From: Xylographa opegraphella
Taxonomy: Eukaryota
NCBI GenBank assembly: GCA_022813865.1
Contig: JALDZX010000033.1
Location: 124,001 to 188,000, forward strand
DNA: 64,000 bases
Direction: 5' to 3'
Shown: piece by piece, positions 44,313 to 57,039 of the stretch
How the letters are laid out: each line of letters starts with the position of its first letter
How positions within the stretch are numbered: the first letter of the stretch is position 1
Position numbers and translations under genes: made by a program
Notes under the pieces: generated by a model
Databases searched by the model: none
What the model was told of the DNA's origin: nothing
The model's input: the letters and a program-made list of their open reading frames with translations, nothing else

Positions 44313-47300
44313 TTAGAACATAGAACCGTCCTCGGCCTGGCCCGTGACAGGCGTACTTGGCATAGCAGGACTTTGATCCATGAGGGCTAGATGCCGAGCA
44401 CGAGCGGCCATGCTTCCACCTTCGCTGCTTGTCTTGCGCAACCTCCTTCGTCGGGTACTCGGCTGGCTCTCGTCCGCGGAGAATGTGTTGCGCTCGTCGT
44501 ACGGCTCCGTTACGGTGCGTGTCGGAATCGATCTCGCGGCATTAGGATTATGCTGCACATTGTGTTGCGCATGATACGGGGACGGTGAGTGCGGCGAATA
44601 TGGCTGGTCGTTCCGCATCATCTTATTCCCAGGTCCCGCAAACACGTTCTGGGGTGGTGCACCCTTGCGGCGTGGGTTGAGGGGCGGAACAGGAGGTTTG
44701 TAGAGATCCGGTGAAGTCATGCCATTACGAAGGCTAGCACCAGAGTCCAAATCAACCGTTGTGACGGAGGAAGTGGAGTTGATAAAAGTCGGATCCGAAA
44801 TCTCGGACTTGTTGACAGATCGTTTCCGCGCCGCAAGGACCCGTGTCTGCGAGGGATAGGCACCTGATTGACCCATAGTCGGTGTCGATAATCCAGAATG
44901 AGCCGGAGACGTGTCATATAGAGGTGACGTAGGATTTGAGGCATACGGAACAATCGGAGAAGCACGTGGGTTGCGACCAAACGGTGCCGGGTAGTTGTTC
45001 TGATACACTGGCTGTAAAGACCTTGGGTCTATACTGTATGTGGCATTACTACGGCTGTTGCTCCTGCTTCGACTGGACATTGCCGATTGAGATCGTGGTG
45101 GGAGCGTCCTGTCATTCGCCGGGTCGAGAGGCCTGGGAGGTGAATACTTGCGTGAGGGCTGGATGCTGGGCTGATAGCCATTGAGCGGCGCTGTATGGGG
45201 AAGTTCTGCGCGTGGCTTCCCAAAGTATCCATTAGGCTCTGGGGATGGCTGCGCAGAATGATCAGAATCAGAGTGTTCACGGAGCATGGAGGAAGGCATG
45301 AGTTGACGGTTCTGAAATCTATTCCTTCGTTCTGCCCCAATGCTTCGTCCTATGAAGGACGAGCCTGAAGGTGCTGCAGACTTGGAGAAAGGTCCAGATG
45401 AATCAGTCGTGCGCAGCGGTGCAGAAGGAAGTTCGTTCGTTGGGGAGGACTGCTCGTCTGTGATATTTGATGAATGTGTTGGGACACTGTTGGGAGTCGA
45501 AGCACCAATACCAAGCATTTTCATAGCTTTGGAGGCATTCTCATTTCTCCCGATTATGGACCCTCTGCTAGCCTTCTTTAGCAGACCAAAGGTCCCCGTC
45601 GGGTGGTTAGAGCTGGGATCCTGTCCATGATTACCAGGCATAGGACTCGACGATCTGCTTCCTGCGTCGGCATAGTTTTTGAGGTTTTCTTGGACACGTT
45701 TTCTACGATCCGCGAGCTCCGACGCAAAGTCCTCCCTTTCCTTTTGTGTCTCGGAACTATCGCCTCTAGAGTGGTGATGCTCATTGAGTTGCTCTTGCCA
45801 AGTGGCCAGGGGATAGTTTCCGCTCCCCCGAGGCGCTTCGCCACCTAAGATTTGCTGCGCTTTATCATATCCACGAGATGTTGTCGTTTGTTGCATTTTC
45901 GTTGACCCATCCGTCAATAGTCTGGCCTGTTTGAGAATTTGCTGAGCGCGCTGTGAAAGGGGATCCCGCGCCGTCTGCTCTGCTTGATCGGCTGTAGAAT
46001 CTTCCACTTCATTCCCAATATTATTCCATTCATCGTCATACCTTTTGATGAACGCGTCGCTAATCAGGCTATCAGTCGATATATTGTTCTTCACTGGCTC
46101 GGGTTCTTGGTTCGGTTCCGCTGGTAACGAACTGGGATAGACAGACGATTGATTGCTCTCGTTTCTCAAATGCGTTCTTATCAAGCCATTCAAGCCTGCC
46201 GGTGTAGCAGGACCCAATGTGGGTGAATCGTGCCCATATATGGAGTCGTCCGTATTTGATACGTCACCGGGCATGGCATGACTGAAACCAGAGTGCATTA
46301 TATTGATAGGAGTTAGTTGAGAGTCGTTTGGTAGGTCAAGATGTGGGATTCCGGCTTTTTTATCATCGAGCTTGGATCCTTGGTCACTCGGTGGTCTCAA
46401 TGGCTGTAGAGAATCCACTGCAGCTTCCGATTGGCTTTCATTGGTTCCTGGCTGCAAAGTAGGAAATTCAAAGCTGGGTCCACGTTCGTAATCACTGTCG
46501 GCCTCGCTTCCGCTGATACCCGCAAGAAAAGTACCCTCAGCATGTCTGTAGTCATCCGTCGGTGGAGGGTTTGCCCCCGCACTACTTGCTTCATATACAA
46601 CACCCAATGACTGGTCAGGCAGCGATGAATCTAGTGGCGGGTTTTTTAAACCATAGGATGATTGCACGCTAGCGGAGGAATCGTTTCGTGCCCGGCCACT
46701 CTCCTCACTGTAAGACTCTGTTCTGGACGGACCTCTTGGAGGTGGAGTCTCCCGACCTTCCTGAAGTTTCAGCTGTCGTTGAGCGTATTGGTGTTCGTTG
46801 AACTGAAGTCTGGGCTTGTTGAATACGCCAGAGGCGGTGGCTTTACCGATATCATTCGGCTCCAAAGACGCAGCAAATGCTGAGACATCGGCATTGGGGC
46901 TCATTGGAGGGCTCAGGGGAGGCAGCCTTCCAAATCCAGGGTCGACTCCACGATTTTTCGCATCAGTGGACTCTTCGTTGAGACCATGAACAAAGCCTCC
47001 TAAATTTGCACCGTTTACAGATGGTGGTGGACTGGCTGCTCGAAATTGACTTGATGCGTATAAAGGCCCCGGACGCTGGTACCGGTCATTCAGATTGGTC
47101 GCGCTTCTGGACTGGGAGACACCTGTAGGGAACGTCGTGCCCACAAATCCCCGCTGGCGCTGAAGAGACTCAAGTCGATGAACTGCTGATGACTGCTGCT
47201 CATACATTTGCTTGTCGAGGCCTTGGCCATACAACCTTTTACTCTTGGTGGCCGTACGTTCAGGGCCATTCCCCGAGGGAGAGAATTGCCGCAAGCCAGG

Positions 47301-48218
47301 TACCTCGTTAACCGGGGAATCGGACTTTACATGCGTAGGGCCATGTAACGGCGAAGCGCTTTGCGACGTTATGGATGTCGCAGCGGTAGAGATACGAGTG
47401 GTGGCAGGAACAGAGGCAGTCGACGAGGATGTCTCCCTGTTACGGTTGTAGCCAGACGGGGGAGGTGACCCACGTGGATCACTCGAGCTCCTCGCGCTAT
47501 TGTCCACTCTGCTGTATTCGTCTAGTTCCCCAAGCTCTTCCTTTTCCCTCGCTCTCAAAGCTTGGAATGCGGACATGGCAATGTCATCATCATACACCGC
47601 TTTTCCCATGCCACGACGGGGTACATTCTGATGACCGTCCACAGTACAGACATCTTTAGCAGTGGCAGAAGTGCCCATGGGTATCTTGTATATTTTCTGC
47701 CGCCCACCAAAGAACTTGTTACCCTGACCCGGTTTGGACCGGCTCATCACACTTCCGCCTTGTGATAGATCGTCGTCCGTACCGTACCCATCAGTTGACG
47801 CATATGATGCTGACCGGCCATAGGCAAATGGGGGCCGTATCGAACCTGCAAGCGATGTGACCTCTGCAATATCGGATAGCCCCTCGTGTCCAAATAGATT
47901 CAATCTCGATACACGTTTGGGAAACAAGACACTGTCGTCGTTGGCCTTGCCAATCTTGGTGGTCGGGTCATCTTGATCTCTCAACATGCTAAATCGGGCT
48001 GAGAGATTTGGCATGAGAAGACTGGTCCTGAAGTCGTCTGAGGATGGCAATGCCGTGGATAAGTCAAGTTCGACCTTTGCTTCCTCGGCCTGTACCTTCC
48101 TCCTCCTAAATGTTCGGGCACGTGATGTTGGAGGTAGAGCTGGTATCTCCTCAGAGGAGGATCTCTGAGTGGTGTCTTGACCATCATGAGACTTCTTCCT
48201 CGAACGGAAAGGATTCAT
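44313..48218 (-). CDS. Large, mostly disordered fungal protein of unknown function
   Basis: Intronless ORF of about 1300 codons from MNPFRSRKK, with a structured-looking block LPSSDDFRTSLLMPNLSARFSMLR...GKANDDSV. Confidence 0.85.
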   Translation of the reverse strand: MNPFRSRKKSHDGQDTTQRSSSEEIPALPPTSRARTFRRRKVQAEEAKVELDLSTALPSSDDFRTSLLMPNLSARFSMLRDQDDPTTKIGKANDDSVLFPKRVSRLNLFGHEGLSDIAEVTSLAGSIRPPFAYGRSASYASTDGYGTDDDLSQGGSVMSRSKPGQGNKFFGGRQKIYKIPMGTSATAKDVCTVDGHQNVPRRGMGKAVYDDDIAMSAFQALRAREKEELGELDEYSRVDNSARSSSDPRGSPPPSGYNRNRETSSSTASVPATTRISTAATSITSQSASPLHGPTHVKSDSPVNEVPGLRQFSPSGNGPERTATKSKRLYGQGLDKQMYEQQSSAVHRLESLQRQRGFVGTTFPTGVSQSRSATNLNDRYQRPGPLYASSQFRAASPPPSVNGANLGGFVHGLNEESTDAKNRGVDPGFGRLPPLSPPMSPNADVSAFAASLEPNDIGKATASGVFNKPRLQFNEHQYAQRQLKLQEGRETPPPRGPSRTESYSEESGRARNDSSASVQSSYGLKNPPLDSSLPDQSLGVVYEASSAGANPPPTDDYRHAEGTFLAGISGSEADSDYERGPSFEFPTLQPGTNESQSEAAVDSLQPLRPPSDQGSKLDDKKAGIPHLDLPNDSQLTPINIMHSGFSHAMPGDVSNTDDSIYGHDSPTLGPATPAGLNGLIRTHLRNESNQSSVYPSSLPAEPNQEPEPVKNNISTDSLISDAFIKRYDDEWNNIGNEVEDSTADQAEQTARDPLSQRAQQILKQARLLTDGSTKMQQTTTSRGYDKAQQILGGEAPRGSGNYPLATWQEQLNEHHHSRGDSSETQKEREDFASELADRRKRVQENLKNYADAGSRSSSPMPGNHGQDPSSNHPTGTFGLLKKASRGSIIGRNENASKAMKMLGIGASTPNSVPTHSSNITDEQSSPTNELPSAPLRTTDSSGPFSKSAAPSGSSFIGRSIGAERRNRFQNRQLMPSSMLREHSDSDHSAQPSPEPNGYFGKPRAELPHTAPLNGYQPSIQPSRKYSPPRPLDPANDRTLPPRSQSAMSSRSRSNSRSNATYSIDPRSLQPVYQNNYPAPFGRNPRASPIVPYASNPTSPLYDTSPAHSGLSTPTMGQSGAYPSQTRVLAARKRSVNKSEISDPTFINSTSSVTTVDLDSGASLRNGMTSPDLYKPPVPPLNPRRKGAPPQNVFAGPGNKMMRNDQPYSPHSPSPYHAQHNVQHNPNAARSIPTRTVTEPYDERNTFSADESQPSTRRRRLRKTSSEGGSMAARARHLALMDQSPAMPSTPVTGQAEDGSMF

Positions 48219-50296
48219 CTTGCCGAACACACAAGAGTGTATAAGAGCAGGTGAGGATCAATCCCTAAGGAGAAACGATCGGTTTGCTAAGTACGGTAAG
48301 GTAGTTTGTATGATGTTGAAATTAATGGTTCCTGTGTGTTGATTTTGTTTTTCCTATCTAGCTGTCGGCGCAAACTTTTCAGACCAGAGGAATAACACTT
48401 CGGGCTTCGAGTGAATATCTTCACACACTCGGTTGTCAATGAGCTCGGGCGTGATCGGTGCTCCGTGACCACATTGGCAACGATGTAGCGTTCACAGAGA
48501 CTGTTGTGTTCGAGCCAAGAGGAGTTGATATTTTCGAATTGGACGCAGAACGACGACAAGGGCAGAAGGATAGCGTGTTGAGTAGTTATGGACCGGGGGA
48601 AGTTCCGGTAGAGATCGTTCAGACTATCGATGACCGCGCTCCGACCACGCGCTGCTTGCAAAACATGAACCAGGAATCCTTGGACAAGTTGGATAAGTTG
48701 GATAGGATGGCGCAAAGCAATCTCAGTGCCGCGAGAGAGAGATCGGACTGGGCTGGAGAGAAATGGGCAGCGCGTTCGGTGGAGCAGCTCATCTTAGGGA
48801 AATAGCAGTCATATGGGCGTAGGGTGTTGACGGGGCCTTTGGGGGTGGTCGGACATCCCTTTCTTCGCAGAATCGGGGTTAGGGGAACGCTGGCGGGGGA
48901 GGGAGTAGCTAAGGTACTAGGTAAGGTAGGCAGGAGAGCGACCAGCGCGTTCCATGCAAGAGCCCTTTGACGTGACTGCTCTCGCGTGGCAGCTGGGTAG
49001 TGATTGGATGAATATTAGATGGCTCTGTACCGGTCGGCCAATCAGCGCACTTAGAAGGCAAGCACAATTTAAGCTCCTTTGTGTGATGTTGGCGAGAAGA
49101 CGATGGCCCGGTCCACATCAACGCCGCACTGTTCGACTACAGGGTGTGGCGCTTCATCTGCTTGAGACGGGGCCGCCTTGAGCATACGAGATGCCCCCGT
49201 TCTCTATGGAGGAAGAAAGGACTCCGTCGAGTTGGATGAGAACTCTCAGACACCAACTGTTCAGCAGCAGCGCACATTCGATACTGTACCACAGTACGTC
49301 TACGGAGGTACCAGGTGCGAGGGGGGAGGCGGGTGATGCCACAGACGAACAGTCCCAAAGGACAGGGGGGCCTCACCAGCGGGACCCAGCTGAGTTCCCG
49401 GTAGAAAAAGGGGCGCTCAGGGGCAGCAGGCCTCCCATTGGTCCCAGCTACGGGAGTTGCCCCACCCTGAGACACTAGACCGGCCTCTAACTTCATGCCC
49501 CGAATGGTGCTTCCCTTGGGTGAGAGGCCCGTTGCACCTCTGGCACGTCGTCCGAGAGCTTCCGTCTGGATTGACTTTGGACCGGTAGATCGAAGAAACC
49601 AGACTTTGGGTTGATTGCAATTGACTTTGCGTCCACCACTCGTGACTCTGGCAGCCACTACTTTCGCCGGATGATACCTAACGATAATATATGCATGTGT
49701 GAGCGCTACATACGAGAACAGCAAATGGCGGCCCAATGGCTGTTGACCGATAGCATCTGCAGACTGCACCAGCGCTTAAGTCTGGTGGCTGTCGTTTCAG
49801 CCCAGTGGCCCCTGTGGGGAGGCATATGGGACAGGAAACGGTGCTGCAGCTTGATGCATCGGGTCAGATACGTCCTTCATACTGTGGCTTACAACTAACC
49901 AGCATCGGTGCAATAATGGGCATCAATATTGATGTGAGGGCAGACGCACTCGAGCGAGCTCCAGCTGTGTGGCCCCTGCATCCGAGAGCCTCTGGGTCAA
50001 CAGGATCGCAAGAAAAGGGGATGGGCGACCTCCAGCGGAACCCAACAGTGGCGCGTATATCCAATCAAGCGCACGCTGTGATCCGAGACCTCGCCTGTTT
50101 CACCTCGACGGAAGAGAAATGCAGCTGGTAATAATGAACGACGGGCCCATGATCATGGCTTGTCTTGATCGGGGTTCCGTTGGTAGGCCGTCGCCCATGG
50201 GGGCCCAGGTGGATGGCAGCACGCAGGAGAATCCTCTTCACAGGACGGATGAACGAATTGCTATGGTGGCGGTGAAGAGCAATGGCTGATGAAGTA

Positions 50297-52095
50297 TCAC
50301 AACTCATCCTTCGATGTCCCCGTTCCCACCCCGCTTGTCCCCTCACATACCGCCGGCGTCCCCACCTCCATCCGGTAAACACACTTTTCCTCCTCCACGA
50401 TCTTCCAGATCTCATCCTTCTCCGCACACGCAAGCACGATGGTCGTGCTCCGGTTCGGTCCGTTCCAGCAGTGCTGCCCGTTCTCATGCTTCATCGCCAC
50501 TCGTTCGCCGGATCCGACTCCCCGGCCGTCGGGTGGCACATCGTCGTCAACCGTGATCGACTCAATACGCACGAAGTTACCCAAGTTGGTGTCTCCTCCG
50601 CTTTTCTTCGACTTTTGCTTTGTCCGATCCAGCCAACATAGCTCGTAGCTGTATTCGCCAGAGTCGGTGGAGATGCACTGCCCTTTCAGTGCCCGGAATA
50701 CGTCATCGATCCCGTAATCTTTCTCTAAATCACCTTCGTGGGTTGCGACCTGCTTCTTGTTCTTCTCGAGATCCTCCTGCGCAGACTTCAGTGCACTACG
50801 AGCGTCGGTTACTGCTTTCGATTCAGAATCTGAGCCACCAGAAGCTGCGATGATCCCGTTTTCCACAAGTAGGATACGTAAATCTCGTAACTTCTGATCC
50901 AACCATCCACGTAAAGTCACCGGTAGATATTCTTCGAATTTGTAAACTGGAGTCGATCAGTACGACCACCCGGACGAAGAGTGACCAAGATACTCACGAA
51001 GCTCGACGTCACTTTCACCAGAGTCCTGCCAGTCCTCCCAGACAATGTTTCCCGTTTCTGAATCGGCCTTTGAGACCTCGTCGAGGTCTCTTTCATGCGC
51101 AGCATCCGTGTCATCCGGCTTGTCTCGGGCGGCATATTCCTCCCAACTTCTGACGGCTCGTTTGACGCCCTCATCATTGAAATTGGGATTATACTCCTCT
51201 TTGAAAGTTGTGAGGATAGTTTCCAGCTCCTTGATCCGCTCTCTGCCCTGATCTCGCTGAGAGCGCACATCCACCAAGAAAGTTCGAAGTTCTTCGATCC
51301 GATCTTTTGCCAGGTTTACGAGAATGCTCATCTTGCCAGCCTTTTCTGGAGCCTTGACGACTTTTCCCCTTTCCTTGCGCTCCGTCTCTGCCAATTGTTC
51401 TTCGAGAGCCTTGACCTTCACCTCGGAAGCTTTGACCTTAATGCCTAAGTTTTCGATCTGATCCTCGACCTCTTTTCTCAATCTTTGTGCTTCTGTCACC
51501 AGCTCTTTCCGTTTTCGAGCCGCGTTGCTCATTGACTTCTGCCTCTGTTCGTTCTGTTTCCTCCATTCCTTGCCAATCTCCTTACATTTGTCAGGACAGC
51601 TCACACCACCTACTTGAGCCCACTCATTGCTCCCATCGCAACACTGGTCGTAGTCGCAAAGGCCATCATTGACACTAAGGAAGGGAATGTAGCTCGGCTG
51701 GTGACCTTTGTTTTTGCAGTAAAAACCTGGAAGAGCCGGAGTAACATTGAAGTTGCCTGGCGCGTAGTTCTCGAGGGTTGGTGGAGATAGAGCGCTTATG
51801 TAGGAACAGGCCGAAGTACCTGGCTCGTCCGAGCCATCGGGGCAGTCGCAGTAATCGTCGTTCACATTGGACGAGGGAAGCTTAATGGAAGGATTCGAGA
51901 GGCAAGTAAAGCTATCTTGCGATTTGTAGAACTTTGCAACTTTGATCATGTCAGTCCCAACGCAGCTTCGCGAATTGTTCTTCGTCAAGAAGTATTTTGC
52001 CTACATTCGGGGCCAACTCCCCTCGGTCGAACTTCCGCAGCAGCTCCAAGCAACGAAGCTGTTGTGCACAGCAGACAAGCGTTTAACTGTCGCAT
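50297..52095 (-). CDS. GTB1: Glucosidase II beta subunit (PRKCSH/GTB1)
   Basis: Signal peptide, RPRGVGPE, VNDDYCDCPDGSDEPGTSAC, coiled coil, MRH domain (NGQHCWNGPNRS, EEEKCVY), C-terminal KDEL. Two introns. Confidence 0.95.
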
Positions 52096-52424
52096 TATAT
52101 AGATACGAGTGCCTTTAATGAAGTCACTTATGCACGAAATAACAAGATTGGTGGTCGAAACGACACATAGGTACGCCGTGTGTTTCAACATTAATGCAAA
52201 CCATGCAAATTCCAGGAACAATTGGACTTCGGTTCCGTGCAGAGACAGGGTTTCGACATTACAATGATCAGACTTGCATCACGAATTTGCATTCTTCGAT
52301 AGTGTGTGTCTTTCAGCTAAGGTCACCTAAGAAAGGCAAATATAACATTTCAGTCATAGTAATTCAGCACCCATCCTAAGACTCCAGATGTGTCTCCTTG
52401 AACTAAACTTCAGCAAAGGTCCCT

Positions 52425-53490
52425 CTAGTGCTTTGCGCCTGCTGGTATCGAGAACCCTCGGGTCATAAAGTCACCATCCCTGTGTTTCGCCTTTCCAGAG
52501 GAGAAGAGGCTCTTCAGATTTGGGTTCGCATCCAACTTCCGTCGCTTCGCCTTGACCTCCTCCTCCGCCAGCACCTTAGCGGTCAATGAAGCTGTTGTTG
52601 CATTCTGGATTCTGCCTTTCGGAGTCGCTACACCACTGTGATTCTGTGACAGGCCTGCCAAGCTGTAGGCTTCTGTGGCGGAATTTGAAAGAGATGTCTG
52701 AGCAAGTTGAGCTTTTCCCGTATCCTCGTTTTTCTTTCTCTTCTTCCCAGATCCTGTTACCTTCTTGAGAGAGTGTGTAAGTCCCTGATCTTTCAGGCTC
52801 TGTATTCGAGCATCCAAGTGCTCTTTGTCCGCAGTCAGTGTAGGGAGGATCAAGATGATGCTTTCAGGTGTGTATGCTTCATTGCACTACACTAGTCAGC
52901 AAATAGGTGAAGAAACACTAGAAGTCCCATTACCTGCAAGCAAGCTTCTGCTTGAATCTCCTTGACTGTACTCTCCAGGAAGGCATGTCCACAAGGCACC
53001 AAGTAAACTGCTCTAACGCCAGGACCCAATACTTTGTTGGTAATTGGGCATATCCACTTTGATTTCCTTGGGCTCGCCTTCCCATCCTCTCTACCAGATT
53101 CATTCCTTTCAACCTCGAACTTCACCTCGACCACATCCTTCAAGCTTCGGACGCGGCCGCCAAGGACTTCCTCGTCATCAGCCTTACTTCTTCCTCGGGT
53201 CTCATCATCCTGCGGTAACAGATATTCGAGGACGGAGTCTTTATTGTAGAGTATACCAGCCGAGTCAGATACCACTGGTTGTTTCAGCGGCTCGTGCGAC
53301 AAAGGACAAGTGGTCCAGTGATACGCCTGCTGTTCCTGCTGGGACTCTTTAATCTCCGCAGAAGTTGGCAGTCGAGCGGCTTCTTTGACTAACTCTCGTC
53401 GTTTTGGTATACTAAGCTTTACTCAGCCGCCGAGCTGGGAGCCGCACTTATGAAAGAGACGTTTACATACCTTCCTCCATCGTTACCCAT
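52425..53490 (-). CDS. RTF2: Replication termination factor 2 (Rtf2 RING-finger family)
   Basis: MGNDGGS|IPKRRELVK, CPLSHEPL, WICPIT, LVPCGHAF, CLQ|CNE, DFMTRGFSIPA. Two introns. Confidence 0.93.
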
Positions 53491-53946
53491 GGCTGGTGGT
53501 GAGCAGGAACCGTGGGATCGAAAGTGCTTGGCGGTGATGACTCGGATTATCATTCACCCGAGGATGTTAAGATAGTGGTTACCATATTTTTAGGTATCTT
53601 ACCTAGTCCTAATTGATTAGTACGCGCAGAATGACGTCAAGCATCGAACCTATTCGCTAGATCACAAGTCCGGGACGGTTAACGGCATTTCTAATAGAAA
53701 GATGTCAGAAATCCAAACGAACAATGATTCGATGCTGTTTGCTAGTGTGTCGTCCGGAGCTATTGACGAACGTATCCATTTGCTCTACCTCGTGCGGTCC
53801 CAATAATGATTCGGCGATCCCCGGGGATGCAATTTATTCTCCAGCATCAGTTTCTGTGATGGTGTCCGGGTCGATACAAGCACTCTGAAGGACTCAGCTG
53901 TGAGGAACGTGACTATTCTGCTTGGATTGGCAGTTCTGCCGGAAAA

Positions 53947-55485
53947 ATGTCAGATATATCGGAGAAATCAGAGCATACACAGATTGGTAACGATGTTTTC
54001 ACAAGACATGAAGACGGTTCAGCCACAACGCTTCCTATACCACAAAATGGGGAAGCGACCAGCACAGATACGCCTCCTATGGTCAAGTTAGAGGCCCCAG
54101 AGCCCACGGTACCGGTACTTAACCCACCTCCAAATGGAGGTATGCAAGCATGGCTGCAGGTGTTCGGGGCGTTCTTCCTCGCAATGAACTCTTGGTATGT
54201 CTATGGTATCCTCTATCAGCGGAAGAATCAGCTGATTATACGTAGGGGGATTGTTAACTCGTACGGAGTATATCAAACCTACTACTCTACTGGAATCCTG
54301 AGCAGCGAGACAGCGTCTAACATCTCTTGGATTGGTTCAATACAAGCCTTTTTGCTGCTTCTTGTCGGGATTGCCACTGGTCCTATATATGACGCAGGCC
54401 ACTTTCAAATGTTGATCCGGCTGGGCGCGTTTCTTACAGTCTTTGGCTTGATGATGACAAGCATAAGCACGGAATACTATCAAGTAATGCTTGCACAGGG
54501 CATCTGCGTTGGATTGGGAAGCGGCTGTCTCTTTGTGCCATCCTTTGCTATAATACCGCAATACTTTTCTACTCGAAAGGCCTTGGCAACAGGTATCGCT
54601 GCTAGTGGAAGTAGTCTAGGTTCAAATTGCCCTTCATCACGTTCGATCGCACTGCCATACTGATGCAATCCAGGTGGAATCATATACCCCATCGTTTTCT
54701 ATAAGCTGCAGCCTCAAATTGGGTTTGCATGGGCAACACGTGTGCTTGGTTTCATCACTCTGGCTGGGTTTGTTGTCTCCCTTAGTGTGATGCGTGTTAG
54801 GATTTTGCCGAAACAGAAGCGCGCACTGTTGGAACTCGGAGCTTTTAAAGAAATACCTTACGCATTTTTCACAATTGGACTCTGTAAGTCTTGCAAAAAA
54901 CCACATCTCTTGAAACATTGGCTGAGACACATCCCCTTAGTTCTATCTTTTATTGGTCTGTATACGCCCATATTCTACGTTCAATCATACGCTATCCAAG
55001 AAGGCATCACCAACCAGAACCTTGGCTTCTACCTCCTCCCAATTCTGAACGCTGGTTCTGTGTTTGGCCGGATCCTTCCCAACTTCATAGCCGATAAGAC
55101 CGGGCCGCTTAACATGCTCATTCCGTGTGCATTTGTAGCCAGTATCCTCTGTTTTGCGTGGATAGGCATAAAAGATGTGCCTGGTATTGTGGTTTTCGCG
55201 TTACTCTACGGTTTCTTCTCAGGCGGTTTCGTTTCTCTCCCTCCGACGTGTATCACGAGCCTGAGTCCTCATCTCGGGGTGGTCGGTACACGCATGGGGA
55301 TGTGCTTCGGACTCACTTCGTTCGGTGTTCTCATTGGAACGCCTGTCTCGGGAGCACTACTGACCTCGACGGGCTCATGGACAGGCACTCAACTATTCGC
55401 TGCCGCTACCGTTGCACTGGCACTGGTCTGCTTGCTAGTCGCACGGGGAACCAAGGCAGGGCTGAAGTTGGCTGTGAAGGCCTAA
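53947..55485 (+). CDS. MFS monocarboxylate transporter-like (MCH/MCT family)
   Basis: PPNGGMQAWLQVFG, SNISWIGSIQ, QYFSTRKALATGIAASGSSLGG, GRILPNFIADKTGPLN, GTRMGM. Introns about 54196-54246, 54620-54673, 54883-54940. Confidence 0.92.
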
Positions 55486-56635
55486 TCCGCATATTCGCCT
55501 AGATGTGCACTGCACATACAAAATTGACCTAACACAAGGGTGACATCGGGACGTAAGATTCCGTTAGATTCACAACCTATCGGATCTGAATGTCCCCGCC
55601 AGATGTCCCTCGTCGAACCTGAACCACCATCAGCGTTCAGCCTCAGGCTCGAATTGTAACACACTAGGGAGATGAAATGGCAGAACCAGTCGACGACCCT
55701 CGACTCCATAGTTACGGTTAGGATATCATCAATCGGTAGCAGACAACCTAGATTAGGTGCTTCCTCCAGAAGAGCTTCAATCTATGCTCAATATCAACGT
55801 ACAACCAACCGCCATACCCCTTCTCCATCTCCCACACAAGCCCTCGTCCGCAGTGACCCATTTTCTGCATCGTTCAGATGTCGATTTCAATCTCGACGTA
55901 GCATCTCATAACCTCCAGACACCAGACACCCATACCGCAAACCGCATACCTCCGAACCTAATCTACCATTCCATAGCCCAAGCTTGGAGAACTGGCGCTA
56001 CACCGTCCATGCACGCCATCACAGCTCCGACAACCACGCGCACGAGAACTTAGCCCATGACACCTTACCGTGTCACCTCGTGCACGCAAGCCTCGCGCTC
56101 AACGGACAGCCAGTCAGCCGCCGACAAGCGAAAGCTTCGTCGCACGCGGAGCAAGCAGTCCGATCCAGTGGACGCGTAGCCCGAGAATTTACCTAATAGC
56201 GCGATGAGCTGCGTCCGCGGTGGATGGTATGCATAACGTCGAGCGCGATACTGATATCCTACCGAACTGCGTGAACTCTCAATCCTGCCAGCAGGAAGCG
56301 GCACGGGCGTCACCCTGAGCAAGTTTGCACCCGTTTCCACCACTGCCTGCTCGAAGAAAGCCTCCCCGTCAGCTGAGTCAGGAGGGGTCATTGCTGGCAC
56401 CCCCAAGCATGTCCCCCCCGGAGGCAATCCATCCCCCCTGCCCCACCACCCGCCGTTTCACCCGTCCGCCCGCTGGGCTAGCCCGCATTCCGCAAAAGAC
56501 GCCTAGGAGCGATCGTCCCCCCGCCGGCACACCGACAAGCAGCCGATCCCGATCCTTCGAGAGCGGCCGAAACAAAAGGAAAAAGGAAAGCTACTCTTGT
56601 TTGCACTGCAGTGACTGCGAGCTCGACTGTGAGGA

Positions 56636-56643
56636 TATAAAAA
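56636..56643 (+). promoter_or_regulatory. TATA box of metallothionein gene 1
   Basis: TATAAAAA about 160 bp upstream of ATG 56795, followed by a CT-rich stretch. Confidence 0.6.
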
Positions 56644-56794
56644 GGGCCTCTCCCCTCCCCGTCGACTTGCACTTCTTTGACACTCTCGAACAAAGCGCCC
56701 CTTCCTCCCAACCAAAAAAATACAAGCCAGCCATACCTTCAAAAAAGCCTATCCCAAACCACAAACCTCGAACCATCCAGCCACGCAAAACAAT

Positions 56795-57039
56795 ATGGGT
56801 AAGTGTTGAACACCTAATGAGCATCGCTTCCCTCCCCCTTTACCCCCACACTTCCCACCCGCCCCAGACAACTTTATCCCGAACCCTACTCTACCCTACC
56901 CTCCCCGAGCGCAGACCAGACCATTCGTTCAGAGGACTTCCGCTGACATTCACGTGCCCGTGCTCCAGGACCCGATTGCCCGTCGACATGCACGTGCGGC
57001 AGCTCGTGCTCCTGCCCGAAGGGACAGTGCAACTGCTAG
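56795..57039 (+). CDS. Metallothionein 1 (24 aa, 7 Cys): MGPDCPSTCTCGSSCSCPKGQCNC
   Basis: Exon 1 ATGG (56795-56798), intron 56799-56968 (GTAAGT...GCTGAC...CCAG), exon 2 56969-57039 ending in TAG. Three CxC motifs, no aromatic residues. Confidence 0.88.

Noticed and set aside
48287..50290. Several ORFs up to 210 aa upstream of the large minus-strand gene
   Set aside because: No recognisable protein features. Probably promoter and 5' UTR sequence.
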